Origin: a virus
Lineage: Duplodnaviria > Caudoviricetes
Strand: one strand, 5' to 3'
DNA: 46,593 bases
IMG/VR virus record: IMGVR_UViG_3300017645_000004
Location: 1 to 46,593 of that record
Part shown: piece after piece, positions 36,560 to 46,021 of the stretch
How positions within the stretch are numbered: position 1 is the stretch's first letter
Layout: every line of letters begins with the position of its first letter
Notes under the pieces: model-generated
Seen by the model: only the letters and a program-made list of their open reading frames with translations
What the model was told of the DNA's origin: nothing
The model's database searches: none
Position numbers and translations under genes: made by a program

Positions 36560-36742
36560 TTACGCTTTCGGGCCATCGACGAAGTGGATAGGCACGCCGT
36601 TCACGTCGCGTTTGTTTTGCCCCATGAGAAGCGCGTACCAAGAGTACTGACTGTCGGTCATGCCAATGCTCGGCGGCTTCGCGAGATTGATCCACTCGTA
36701 CAGCGTTTGAAGGCGGAAGCCCTTTTGATAGGGGAAGTTCAT
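36560..36742 (-). CDS. Small hypothetical protein
   Basis: ATGA overlap with the HNH gene. Confidence 0.5.
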   Translation of the reverse strand: MNFPYQKGFRLQTLYEWINLAKPPSIGMTDSQYSWYALLMGQNKRDVNGVPIHFVDGPKA

Positions 36743-37260
36743 GCCGCAAGCGGATGCGAGGCGTCCAGTGCTCGGAGCTTCGTCTTCAGGAACGCCACCT
36801 CTTTCTGCCAGTCGGATGTGTACGTGCGATGCGCGCGCCAACTCTCTTTCTCACAAGCCTCCCATAGGGCGACGCGCTCCGGTTCGATCAGCGCCTTCAC
36901 GATCTGATCGTACTCGGATTTGCGAGCGTTCCCGCCCTTCGATTTCCATGCGTGGTGGCCTTTGCAAAGGCAAACGATAAGGCGGATGTCCGCATAGGTC
37001 GCGCTGTTGGCCCGGGTGACGAGGTGGTCGGCCTGTAGGATGAGTTCGTCGGACTTCGTGTAGCCGTTGCACTGGGGAAAGTCGCGGTAGCGGTCGGCGT
37101 AGGCACGCAGAATGCAGCCGCCGTCTCGGATAATGACGATTGCACGGACGAGCGCCTGTATCTGCTCCTTTAGGACGGCGCTGTCGCTAGTGCTCGCCGC
37201 CCGTATTTTAGTGCGGCGCTGTAGGCCGGTCTTTCGCTGAATGTATCCACTGCGTTTCAT
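36739..37260 (-). CDS. NinG/HNH-like nuclease
   Basis: RD.GC...C....LQADHL..R....T..D......LC..HH motif. Confidence 0.8.
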   Translation of the reverse strand: MKRSGYIQRKTGLQRRTKIRAASTSDSAVLKEQIQALVRAIVIIRDGGCILRAYADRYRDFPQCNGYTKSDELILQADHLVTRANSATYADIRLIVCLCKGHHAWKSKGGNARKSEYDQIVKALIEPERVALWEACEKESWRAHRTYTSDWQKEVAFLKTKLRALDASHPLAA

Positions 37261-37528
37261 ACCTCATGCCATTCCGCCCGACGCAAGAGCGTCAGACGGC
37301 ACAATGAAGCCCTGAACTTACGTTCCGGGCGGAATAGCTCCGTCCCATTGCGCCGGAAGCCAATTGTATTCGACCTCAACTGACTGCGGCGCACTGCGGC
37401 CTTGCGGCCACATACTCAAGCCCGCCGAGGGTTGGACCCGATCAGGCGCAATGAGACGGCTGCTGACAGTGTACCACGCGCTCGTGCATACTCTCGGCGT
37501 CGAATGGGGGATAGAAGCGGGGAACGAG

Positions 37529-37831
37529 ATGACTGACTTCAAGGCGCAACTACTTGACGCATATATGAAAGCCCTCGACGAACGAGCACAAACGAATACG
37601 CATGAGAAGCAATGGAATGATGTTGAGAGACGCTTGAGAGCTGGCGGGACCGAAGGCGCGCGGCTTTTCGTCGAGCTTGCTCGCAAAGGCTATGCGGCGA
37701 AGGGACTCGAAGCGATTATGTACGCCGTAAGAGACCTTCTGCCGTTGCTCCCCCTTGAGGATCAGCAACTCGTCGTCTCGGTCGCGCTAGAGGGCGTCTT
37801 TAAGCACGGCATTCGGATTGAAGACGACTAA
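37529..37831 (+). CDS. Hypothetical protein (moron-like)
   Basis: Helical ORF ending at a terminator hairpin. Confidence 0.5.
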   Translation: MTDFKAQLLDAYMKALDERAQTNTHEKQWNDVERRLRAGGTEGARLFVELARKGYAAKGLEAIMYAVRDLLPLLPLEDQQLVVSVALEGVFKHGIRIEDD

Positions 37832-37832
37832 G

Positions 37833-37859
37833 AAAACCCCGCCATAAAGGCGGGGTCTT
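37833..37859. terminator. Intrinsic terminator between convergent genes
   Basis: ACCCCGCC-ATAAA-GGCGGGGT hairpin flanked by A/T runs. Confidence 0.65.
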
Positions 37860-37959
37860 GTCGCTATGGGACACCATCCGGCGATACTATGCCACTGTCG
37901 GATTCCCTCAGGCCGCAACTCCCCGCCTCGCTCCGCTGCGAAGAGGCATCGGGGAGCGG

Positions 37960-38163
37960 TTAACTCGGCGAGCGACGGTAGTTCGTAGCTTCCTTGATGT
38001 GCTCGCGGGCAATCGTCAGGACCGCCGACGTGATGCTGCTGTAGGGCCCCTTCTCCCTGGCGCCCTCCTGAAAGAACTGCGGTTTGGTGATGTACCAATA
38101 CCGGCCCCGCCTCTCTAAGGCCCAGGTTGAGAGCTGGATGACGTTGCGGGTGCGGTCAAGCAT
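37960..38163 (-). CDS. Small hypothetical protein
   Basis: GGAGGT SD; GPYSS motif. Confidence 0.55.
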   Translation of the reverse strand: MLDRTRNVIQLSTWALERRGRYWYITKPQFFQEGAREKGPYSSITSAVLTIAREHIKEATNYRRSPS

Positions 38164-38407
38164 TGCCACCTCCCGTCACCGTCTTTAGCTCCAACCGACG
38201 AAATTCTTCCGCAGTCATCGTCGGGCCCTCGAAGAACTCGTCGCCGAGCTTTACGAAAGCGGCGAAGCTTGGCGCGGTGCGTCCGGTGATTTTGCAGACG
38301 CGGTGATCGTGCGGCTCGCCGACCAGGAAGCCGTAAGAAAGCCACACGGCGGGCGGCAAAACCTCGAGCATTTCGAAGTAGCGTCTTTCGCTGACACGCT
38401 TCCACAT
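38156..38407 (-). CDS. DUF1419-like protein
   Basis: VSE..YFEMLEVLPP......FLVGEP motif; AAGGAGG SD. Confidence 0.7.
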   Translation of the reverse strand: MWKRVSERRYFEMLEVLPPAVWLSYGFLVGEPHDHRVCKITGRTAPSFAAFVKLGDEFFEGPTMTAEEFRRLELKTVTGGGNA

Positions 38408-38512
38408 GCATCAGACCCTCCTTGTTGTCTGAGGTTCATTGTCTCATGCGTAGAGAGCGCCCTTTCGGGCCGGGTGGATAAGCTCGCTGACAGGTGGGAG
38501 CGTGTTTGTTAA

Positions 38513-38803
38513 TTAGAGATGAGAACTCTCAAGAGGCTCGGCAGTCATCGGGGGAATGTCTTCGAACGCTTCCTTTTCAATGAATTCCGCCATCCTTGCA
38601 GTGTGCCGCATGCTTTCGATGCAGCGCACGTACTCATCATTAGCGAACCCGCGGATAAGACCTTTGACCGCTTGTGACTGTTCGCGGTCGTTGATTGACG
38701 CTTCTATGAGGTTGTAGAGCTTTGCCTTCAGGCGATTGAACGAGAAGGAGACATCGTGCTCTAAATGCCAATAATGGTTCACCTCGACTGTTTCTTTTGA
38801 CAT
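38513..38803 (-). CDS. Hypothetical protein
   Basis: ORF with an upstream TGnTACAAT promoter. Confidence 0.55.
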   Translation of the reverse strand: MSKETVEVNHYWHLEHDVSFSFNRLKAKLYNLIEASINDREQSQAVKGLIRGFANDEYVRCIESMRHTARMAEFIEKEAFEDIPPMTAEPLESSHL

Positions 38804-39131
38804 GACGTGACGTTTACTTAACTCCCACCTGTCAAAGAGCTTCGTCTCATTGTACCAAAGAAAAAGCCCGCACGCGGCGGGCTGAGGATAGAGAGCGGGA
38901 TTTCTGACAGCGGTTTGATTCGGACGCGAGCGCGTCCAGTTTAGTGGGCGTCGCGCGTGCGAACTTCTACAAGGCCGCACTCGATTCTACCGCGCTAGAA
39001 AGCATGGCAGACGACGCCAAGGAGACCGCAGTGTGGACAGCGCGACCAGTTGAGCGGCCCGCCGTATGTCTCGTGGATCCATTTGTGACCCTTGGGGCAG
39101 ACGAAGCAGTACTTACGAAGAGAGAGGCCCA

Positions 39132-39392
39132 TTACAAATCCTCCGCCATGTAGAGGGAAAGCGTCAGCTCTTGCTGCTCGTCAATCTGCCAATAGAAACA
39201 CCAACCCCCGAAGACAAAGCAGCCGCGCGACTGGTCTGGCGTTATGAACTTGTGCGGAAGCGTGAGGCGATAGAGCACTCTCCCGCGAAACCAGTCGGGT
39301 AGATCGAGGACAGAAGGAGAGAGCGCTACGACGCCGCCGCTAAAGCGGGTACGTAGCGCCTCGTTCCTCGCTATGGTCTCCTCCGGCGTCAT
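39132..39392 (-). CDS. DUF3768-like protein (compact)
   Basis: IA.N..LR....GG.V, G....G..FYW.ID and L..Y.AE motifs. Confidence 0.6.
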   Translation of the reverse strand: MTPEETIARNEALRTRFSGGVVALSPSVLDLPDWFRGRVLYRLTLPHKFITPDQSRGCFVFGGWCFYWQIDEQQELTLSLYMAEDL

Positions 39393-39532
39393 TGCTTGTA
39401 GGCGATGTCGCCGCCGTAGATGGCGTTGTCGTAACCGTCGAAAGAATAATCGTCGGCAGGCTTCGGCCATGTGTGGAGGACTACGGCCAAGATCAGACCG
39501 AAGGCCGCCCCCGTCATGATGTACTTGAGCAT
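39389..39532 (-). CDS. Small membrane protein
   Basis: GAGGAG SD, N-terminal TM, ATGA coupling. Confidence 0.5.
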   Translation of the reverse strand: MLKYIMTGAAFGLILAVVLHTWPKPADDYSFDGYDNAIYGGDIAYKQ

Positions 39533-39670
39533 CGGTAGCTCCTCTCGTTGACGAGGAGCTTTTCCCATGCGCGTTCGCGCTTGTTGAGATTCGCCGCGAG
39601 GAGCTATGAGGAGCGGTGCAGAGCAAAAGAAAACCCCCGCTTTATGCAGGGGCGGAGCAAGTAGGCTCCT

Positions 39671-40333
39671 TTAGACGACACGAAAGAGCTTGCGGAGCTG
39701 ATCGGGCTGCGGCTTTTCTTCCACCTCCACTTTCGGCTGCGCGGTGCATCGCTCTTCGAGGTTGTCGGGAAACCGCAATAGCGGCTGCTGCTCTTCCTTC
39801 GTCGCGATCCCGAGGTATCCGACGAGCCTACCGTCATCCATCCGCAGAGGAATGAGCAGACGGCCCGCCATCGTACCTTTCGGTGCAAAGCCTCCCCCGA
39901 GAGCTTCGAGGGTGGCCGCAGAGAGACCGAGCAGGTCGGCTACCGGATGCTCGTGCACCAGGTAATCGAGCGGTGCCTGCAACGGCTCCCTGCGGCCGTC
40001 CAACGCCGAGGAGGCGGCGCTGGGGGCTCGTTCTTCGACCTCGCGGCCGAGGAAATGGTCTTGCAGCAAGCGGCCTGCGTCGTACTGCGACATGCGCCGG
40101 ACGTGCGCTACGAGGGCCACGGCATCGCTTCCCTTCTTGCCGGACGCGAAGCAGTGAAAGCCCTGTGCGGGATGAATGCTCAGCGCACGCTTGTTCTCGC
40201 CGCCGCACGCGGGACACGGAAAGCGAAGCTGTTCGCCTTCCCGCTTGTGCAGCTTCAATTCGGAGAGGAACGCAATGGTCTGCTCGAAGCTGACCTCTTT
40301 GAGAGCCTTAAAGTCCACAGGCGATCGGGACAT
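39671..40333 (-). CDS. CHC2 zinc-finger (DnaG N-terminal-like) protein lacking Toprim
   Basis: CP.CG...F.CF....G.D...LV and GRL.IPL....G...GY.G motifs; AAGGAGG SD. Confidence 0.8.
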   Translation of the reverse strand: MSRSPVDFKALKEVSFEQTIAFLSELKLHKREGEQLRFPCPACGGENKRALSIHPAQGFHCFASGKKGSDAVALVAHVRRMSQYDAGRLLQDHFLGREVEERAPSAASSALDGRREPLQAPLDYLVHEHPVADLLGLSAATLEALGGGFAPKGTMAGRLLIPLRMDDGRLVGYLGIATKEEQQPLLRFPDNLEERCTAQPKVEVEEKPQPDQLRKLFRVV

Positions 40334-40418
40334 GACACACCTCCTTTCTCTATCCCCAATTGTCTCATGACGATGGAGGCGGTCTGGTAGGATGTGTGGA
40401 GAGCTTCGAGTGTGGGGT

Positions 40419-40492
40419 TGCGGGGAGACGAGGTGGCTCACGTGTTCGGCTCATAACCGAAAGTGTCGCAGGTTCGAATCCTGCCCCCGCTA
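40419..40492 (+). tRNA. tRNA-Met(CAT), initiator-like, atypical D-arm
   Basis: GCGGGG/CCCCGC stem with 1:72 mismatch, CT-CAT-AA loop, GCAGGTTCGAATCCTGC T-arm. Confidence 0.75.
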
Positions 40493-40546
40493 CCCCGCAC
40501 TCGAACATCTGTTCATTTTCATACATGCGGGAGAAAGCGAGACCAT

Positions 40547-40795
40547 ATGAGTATGGCTCAGACTGCCGCGCGCCCCGCGCGGAACGCATCGCGCGAGAAG
40601 CGGATGCCCAAGTACGTCGCTCGCGCTAAGGTCGGCCAAGGCTGGCAGACAATCGGCGCGGCGTGGCCTTTCCGGTCTGGTGAGGACGGGCTGTCCATCC
40701 AGATCAACACAATGCCGTTGAACTGGGACGGCCGCTTCACGCTGATCGTGCCTCTGCCGAACGGCCAGGAGCCCGATCCGCCTGCCGACGAGTAA
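40547..40795 (+). CDS. Small putative ssDNA-binding protein
   Basis: W..IGAAW.....DG.SI.I...P..WDG motif; acidic tail. Confidence 0.6.
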   Translation: MSMAQTAARPARNASREKRMPKYVARAKVGQGWQTIGAAWPFRSGEDGLSIQINTMPLNWDGRFTLIVPLPNGQEPDPPADE

Positions 40796-40814
40796 CTGTT
40801 CCTCCCCCCAACTT

Positions 40815-40841
40815 GCCCGCTCACAAGCGGGCTTTTTATTT
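40815..40841 (+). terminator. Intrinsic terminator
   Basis: GCCCGCT-CACA-AGCGGGC followed by TTTTTATTT. Confidence 0.75.
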
Positions 40842-41840
40842 GCTGAAATTGATCGGATCGTACCCGATGCGGCGGTAGTCGCGGGTGAGCGCCCAGCCTG
40901 TGGGCTCGTTTTTCTCGTAGCTGAAGCTCGTGAAGGTAGGGTGCACGGCGAAGACAAAGCTCTTACGGAGCGATGGCTTATGTTCCGTAAGTTCCGATAT
41001 CACGTCCATGATGGACGTTAGGCGCTCTTCGGTCGGCGCATAGTACGGAAAGAATACATTGGGGAAGCCGTACCGCGTCCGGTAAATTTCCTGTTCAATG
41101 ATGGCGATCTGCTGCGACACCTTCCGCTCGATAGTCGCCGCGGCGTTGTTGTCTGAGCGGAGGCTTTCACTGTCGCAGTCTGCCTCGATACCGAGAAAGA
41201 AATAGCCGCGCCGGTCGGGGCGGAGGATGCCGAAGGGCTGCGCGTCCGGCACGTACTCGGCGTCGGTGATGCGCTTGTCCCGGAAATAGTAGGTGACAGG
41301 GACGCGGTGCGGCGCTTTCTCCCCCCGTGTTGCCTTTGGGGTCTTCTCGCTTGCGAGGATTTGCGGCCACCATAGAGGTGTAAGCTCTTTGTGCTTTTCA
41401 AAACCAATGCGCCAGGACGCCATGATCTCGTCGGTCATGACCTGGTGCTTGAGCCTGCGGACGGGGTAACGGCGCGGAACTTCGGTGCCGCGCTCTTTCA
41501 GGGCCGCGATGCCGGCGGGGCACAGCTCGAAGTACAATTTCGAGGTGAGGTGGTTCTTCGGATTGTTGACCTGCTCGGGGGTCACGCGGACGTAAAGGTT
41601 CGGTTCACGCTTCAGTATGTTGAAGCGGTCGCGGACCCACTTTTCTGTGCTGCCGACCCTTGCCGCGATGTAGGCGGCGCTCTGAACACGGTCGGTAACG
41701 AGTACCGAAAACATAGCGATGTCGAGGTCAGTGAGGTCTCGCGAATATACGACAACCGGCTTGCCGTCCTTCCCGATGAATGGCTCGGTCGAGAACCGGG
41801 ACCGCCGTGTCTTCTTCTCTTTGTCCTTTGTGGTTGTCAT
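40836..41840 (-). CDS. Replication-relaxation family protein (putative relaxase)
   Basis: LT..D wHTH start, Y.L...G, H...., then PD..F.I...F...EAD..SE nuclease core; follows the coupling protein. Confidence 0.75.
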   Translation of the reverse strand: MTTTKDKEKKTRRSRFSTEPFIGKDGKPVVVYSRDLTDLDIAMFSVLVTDRVQSAAYIAARVGSTEKWVRDRFNILKREPNLYVRVTPEQVNNPKNHLTSKLYFELCPAGIAALKERGTEVPRRYPVRRLKHQVMTDEIMASWRIGFEKHKELTPLWWPQILASEKTPKATRGEKAPHRVPVTYYFRDKRITDAEYVPDAQPFGILRPDRRGYFFLGIEADCDSESLRSDNNAAATIERKVSQQIAIIEQEIYRTRYGFPNVFFPYYAPTEERLTSIMDVISELTEHKPSLRKSFVFAVHPTFTSFSYEKNEPTGWALTRDYRRIGYDPINFSK

Positions 41841-41920
41841 ACCTCGCGCGTAACCGACGCGCCGGAGAGCGTCTACGGCCGCAGGGAACAGCTATGCGGC
41901 GCGACGATATGACAATTGTA

Positions 41921-43942
41921 TCAGTAGTAGCCTGCCTCACCATGATCGCCGTGGGGATTGGGCTTCGGCTCAGGAGCGGCTTCCGGCTCGGCAGACTTTA
42001 GCGCTGCCTCAGAGACCGGCTCTGCTGGCTTCGGTGTTGGTGCCGCGATAGCGGCCACGCGCCGCTTATTCGCTTCGAGGATAGCAGCATGGGCTTCGTC
42101 GCTCATGACCGGCATTTTCTCGAGCGTGTAGAAAGGAATGGTAAGACTGAGAGCTGATTGGGTGTAGTTTCGGACGTAGACCGCAAATTTCGTCCACTTA
42201 GGTGGCTGTGCTCCGTCCTTTCTCTGCGCTCCAATGAAATCTGCCGCGCACTCCATTTCGTGGGCAAGCCATCGTCTGTCCGAAAAGCCGACGCCGCCTG
42301 CATATTTTATGCTCGTGCTCGAAGCAATCGCTGAGCGTAGCTTTTCGGTCGCCTGCTCCAAATGCTGAAAAGCGATCACGACCCCAAGCTTGAATTGCCG
42401 GACGCGTGTAAGCAGGCTCTCGAATGTCTTATCAAAATACGGCGCGGCCTCATCGATGATGAGGTAGGCGGGACGGCGTTCTTCTACTGGGATGACTGAT
42501 CGCTCAAGCGCAGCCGATAGAGCTTTTGCTATAACGAAACGGCCGAAGAGCACCATCGCATCATCCTTGAGGAGCTGCTGATTGGTATTCACTAGGATGA
42601 TTGTCCCCTTCTGCATCTCTGCAAAAAGGTCAAGGGTATTCGCCGACGCGGTGAACATGCGGCGAAACGCCGGTACCGCGACGAGACTATGTAACCGTCT
42701 TGCAATTGCCCCGCGTGCTCCGACTAGGGCCGCAGAAAAGAAATGTTGCGCGAAGAACTCTTGCGTATCCTTGTCCAGACGCTCGATGTCGGCCTTAAAT
42801 GCGCTGTGTGCGAAGCCAGGCGTTTTTGGTGCGGGCTCTTCGAGAAGTTGCCGCAAATCAGTGATCGTCGAGCATTGGCGGGAGAGCATGAGGCGGACCG
42901 CGTAAGTGAATGCGAGTCCCATGTGCGCCGTGAGGTCGTAGGATTCCGAGGCGAATATGTAATTGAATAGGCCGACGATTTCTGTTTGCACGTCTTCTCT
43001 TTGTTCTTCGGTGTACGCCTCGAAACGCGCAGTACTCACATCGAACATATTGAGCGACGGGGACTGTGCCGGGTCTACGATAAGGATGCGGTCGCGCAAC
43101 TTCTTCTCGAAAATCGCAAGCCGCTGTACACGCTCGATAATGGCTCCAGTGCTATCAACTACAATAAGGCATGGAGGATCATCTTTATCCAAGTCCCGCG
43201 CAATGAGCGATTGAAGGAGCTGCGTTTTCCCCCAGCCCGCGCCAGCGACGATGACCGTGTGCTCCATCCGCGTGCGCTCGGGTATGTTGAGCGGCACGGA
43301 TACATCGAACACGGGCAGCATAGGCGTATCGCGAAAATAGTCGTGCGGGTCGAAGACTTTTGCGTCTTGCGGATAGGTGAGTAACTGGTAGCGCGTGTTC
43401 GGGTATGGGACGCCCGATGCTCGGCACATGTTCCTTTCAAGCTGTCGGCGGAGGTCGGCAAACACACCTACATCTTCGACTACCTTTCTTTGAAACGGAG
43501 TGATCAGACCAAGTGCGCCCTTCGCAAGCTGCGGCATGACGCTTGCGAGCGAGACCATGTCGGGTGCCTGCTCCTCCTCCGAATAAGCCATTGGGGGAAG
43601 GAAGAGACAGAAGTTCGACATCATGTCTGCGAGCGCAGTGGACGCGACGTTTACGAAATTGGGGTCGGAGAGCGTCTTGATCTTCGCGCGTATGGCGTCA
43701 CGGTAACGGGCTTGGTCGATCTTGCTACTGGACGCTGGCGGCGGTGCCGGTATGTCGATCTCGTGCTCGTAAATGTCGTCAGCAGCCTTGAGGAGCGCGT
43801 AAGTGATGTTCGGATTCGGAACCCTCGGCAGAAAGCGCTCTTTCCGATCAATGAATTCTTTGGTTACGATCGAAAGGAATCCTTCGAGGTCCGGCAGCTT
43901 ACGGACGGTCGCCAGCGCCTCCTCGTAAAGCTCCTGGCTCAC
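41921..43942 (-). CDS. VirD4/TraG/TrwB-like coupling ATPase
   Basis: R.EHT.IVAGAGWGKT Walker A, VVD..G, YLIIDEA Walker B and R.F.LG...A.Q.L.Q motifs. Confidence 0.85.
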   Translation of the reverse strand: MSQELYEEALATVRKLPDLEGFLSIVTKEFIDRKERFLPRVPNPNITYALLKAADDIYEHEIDIPAPPPASSSKIDQARYRDAIRAKIKTLSDPNFVNVASTALADMMSNFCLFLPPMAYSEEEQAPDMVSLASVMPQLAKGALGLITPFQRKVVEDVGVFADLRRQLERNMCRASGVPYPNTRYQLLTYPQDAKVFDPHDYFRDTPMLPVFDVSVPLNIPERTRMEHTVIVAGAGWGKTQLLQSLIARDLDKDDPPCLIVVDSTGAIIERVQRLAIFEKKLRDRILIVDPAQSPSLNMFDVSTARFEAYTEEQREDVQTEIVGLFNYIFASESYDLTAHMGLAFTYAVRLMLSRQCSTITDLRQLLEEPAPKTPGFAHSAFKADIERLDKDTQEFFAQHFFSAALVGARGAIARRLHSLVAVPAFRRMFTASANTLDLFAEMQKGTIILVNTNQQLLKDDAMVLFGRFVIAKALSAALERSVIPVEERRPAYLIIDEAAPYFDKTFESLLTRVRQFKLGVVIAFQHLEQATEKLRSAIASSTSIKYAGGVGFSDRRWLAHEMECAADFIGAQRKDGAQPPKWTKFAVYVRNYTQSALSLTIPFYTLEKMPVMSDEAHAAILEANKRRVAAIAAPTPKPAEPVSEAALKSAEPEAAPEPKPNPHGDHGEAGYY

Positions 43943-44388
43943 AGCTCGAAGGTCTCACTCGTGCCGCCCGCGCTGCCCGCGCGCTCAAGCAGCCTTTTGA
44001 GCGTCGGCAAAATCCGGTCGCGCATTACTTCCTCAAATTTCTTTGCCTGAACGATGTCGGGAAACCGGACTTCGTACGGGTCATACTTGAGGAGAGAGCC
44101 AACGGTGATGAGAAGGCCGTCTGTTTGTTTGGTGAGCCTCGCCATCTCGTAACCGTGCTTATGCGCATATGCCATGAATTCGTCATGCGGCCGGTAGTAA
44201 GGCATGTCATGAAGTGTAAGGTCGCTGATATTGCCGTGCTTCAGAAGCTCCGTTTCTTCTTCCGAGAGAATGATGGCCGTGCTCACGTAGTACTCCGTGA
44301 TCTCCTCTGGCTTTGAGAGAAGCTTTTTGAAGAGGCCAGTGACTTGCTTCTGCCTCGTGCGCGGTTCGGTCGTGATCGTGACTCGCAT
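43939..44388 (-). CDS. Hypothetical protein coupled to the coupling ATPase
   Basis: GTGA overlap with the downstream gene. Confidence 0.6.
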   Translation of the reverse strand: MRVTITTEPRTRQKQVTGLFKKLLSKPEEITEYYVSTAIILSEEETELLKHGNISDLTLHDMPYYRPHDEFMAYAHKHGYEMARLTKQTDGLLITVGSLLKYDPYEVRFPDIVQAKKFEEVMRDRILPTLKRLLERAGSAGGTSETFEL

Positions 44389-44447
44389 GACGCCCCCCCG
44401 GTTTAAAGGGGCGGCCCGGTTGTGCACACCGGACCGCCCCCGCTCCC

Positions 44448-44735
44448 TTATTCGGAAGCGAACCAATCTTCGCTGACGCGAAGACCGTGGGCCTCGAAGA
44501 AAGCCAAGACATCAACCACGCGCCAAACTGGATGCCCGTTCGTGTGCACGGTCAGCTTGAAGCACTGAGGGAAGCGGTCAGGGTTCTCGATCTCTCGGGC
44601 CACCCGTCTCTTCTGCCCTTTCACGCGCTCCGTCACTGTTATCGTGGCACTCATCAAGCGCCAGGTCTGAGCCCGCGAGTAAGGCCAGCCCATCCTCTTA
44701 AGCCCCTTCCAGTCCACTATCAGTGGCTTAGACAT
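44448..44735 (-). CDS. AlpA-like excisionase / regulator
   Basis: LK..G.PYSR....R....FP...L......W...DV motif; next to the integrase. Confidence 0.75.
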   Translation of the reverse strand: MSKPLIVDWKGLKRMGWPYSRAQTWRLMSATITVTERVKGQKRRVAREIENPDRFPQCFKLTVHTNGHPVWRVVDVLAFFEAHGLRVSEDWFASE

Positions 44736-44890
44736 TGCGTTTGCTCCAGAATTGGAGCGCTGCGCAACGCCCGGTAACCACCGGTAGGCGGCCCTATGGA
44801 CCGCACTGAAATTCTATGGGGACTCTGGTCTGGGCCGCAAGATTCGCGTGGGTAGCCATAGCTCCTCACGGAAAGAAAAAGCCCGCATTT

Positions 44891-46021
44891 TCAGCGGGCT
44901 AGAAGAATTTGGAGCTGGCCTTCCCACTTTCCGACGGCCTCCCGCATCTCCTCCATGTAGAGGGCACGGTTGTACACGTCGGCGACGGCGGTAATGACCC
45001 CGGCCGCTTTGAGCGTGCCGAGCTTGTGATTGAGGAGCCGTTCCACAATATGCGGCGGCACCTTCAGCTCGGCGAGCTTAGTGGCGAACGTTCGGCGCAG
45101 ATCCAAGAGCTGCCACGGAGCGATCTTACAGACCTCCTTGAATTCCCACTTGGCCTTACCCGACCCGTTCCACGGATTGCGCATGTCGCGACCAGGAAAG
45201 AGTAGGTCAGTGGAATTGAAGCGAGGTATGCCCCTCAGTATCTCGGCGGTCATGCCATTGAAGGGGAAGCAATGCTCGGTGCCGTTCTTCGTCTCCGGGA
45301 GCGTTATCGTCTGCTCCTTCTCGTCGATGTAGGCGCGGCGGCACGAGATGGTTTCACCCCATCGCGTGCCCCATAGGAGCGAGAGCTGAATGGCAGTGCC
45401 GAACGGGTAGCCGACCTTCTCGGCAGCTCGCCAGACCTCTCCGACCTCCGCATTCGAGAGAACTCGCTTGCGGGGGACGTATTTTGTAGGGGAGCGCAAT
45501 CCCTCCATCGGTGAATGCTTGATGTACCGAGGCACACACCAACGGAAGAAGGTGCGAGCGTCCTTGAACGCGTGCCACGCTTCACTTGGTGCACTGCGAG
45601 CGAGGTTGTCGGTTATCTCGCTGATCTCCCCGTGGCTGATTTCGTCCAGCCTCTTGTGCTTGAACTTCGGCCCGAAGTGTCGATCGAGCACCCGCCTGAG
45701 CTGGTACTGCGTCTTGGGTTTCAGCGTTGGCAGGTGAACGGCGTAGAACTGCGCGACGGCCTCTGAGAATTTCGGTGCCGGCGGCTGTTCCGCAGAAAGC
45801 GGCGTCCCAAGAAGGACGAGCGCCTTCTTGCGAGCTTCGGCGAGGGAGACAGTTGGATAGTGTCCGATGCGCGTGCGCTTACGCTCACGACCTCGGACGA
45901 CGATCCATGTCTTTCGGTTTTTCCCGACGCGAATTCCGAACGCGGGAGTGTGCTTGTCAAAGTACGTGCCGGGCTCTTTCAGCCGCGACACGACAATATC
46001 CGTCATGTGCACGACTGGCAT
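44891..46021 (-). CDS. int: Tyrosine integrase (P4-like, arm-binding domain)
   Basis: FG.RV....KTW, IG.YP.VSLAEAR, G.R..E, TKN, DLRRTFAT, LNH and VYNR..Y motifs. Confidence 0.95.
   Translation of the reverse strand: MPVVHMTDIVVSRLKEPGTYFDKHTPAFGIRVGKNRKTWIVVRGRERKRTRIGHYPTVSLAEARKKALVLLGTPLSAEQPPAPKFSEAVAQFYAVHLPTLKPKTQYQLRRVLDRHFGPKFKHKRLDEISHGEISEITDNLARSAPSEAWHAFKDARTFFRWCVPRYIKHSPMEGLRSPTKYVPRKRVLSNAEVGEVWRAAEKVGYPFGTAIQLSLLWGTRWGETISCRRAYIDEKEQTITLPETKNGTEHCFPFNGMTAEILRGIPRFNSTDLLFPGRDMRNPWNGSGKAKWEFKEVCKIAPWQLLDLRRTFATKLAELKVPPHIVERLLNHKLGTLKAAGVITAVADVYNRALYMEEMREAVGKWEGQLQILLAR

Noticed and set aside
39671-43942. Calling the element a full ICE, or the ATPase a HerA-type defence system
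   Set aside because: No VirB4 or other MPF genes; no Sir2/NurA partner, and the adjacent relaxation protein favours a coupling-protein role
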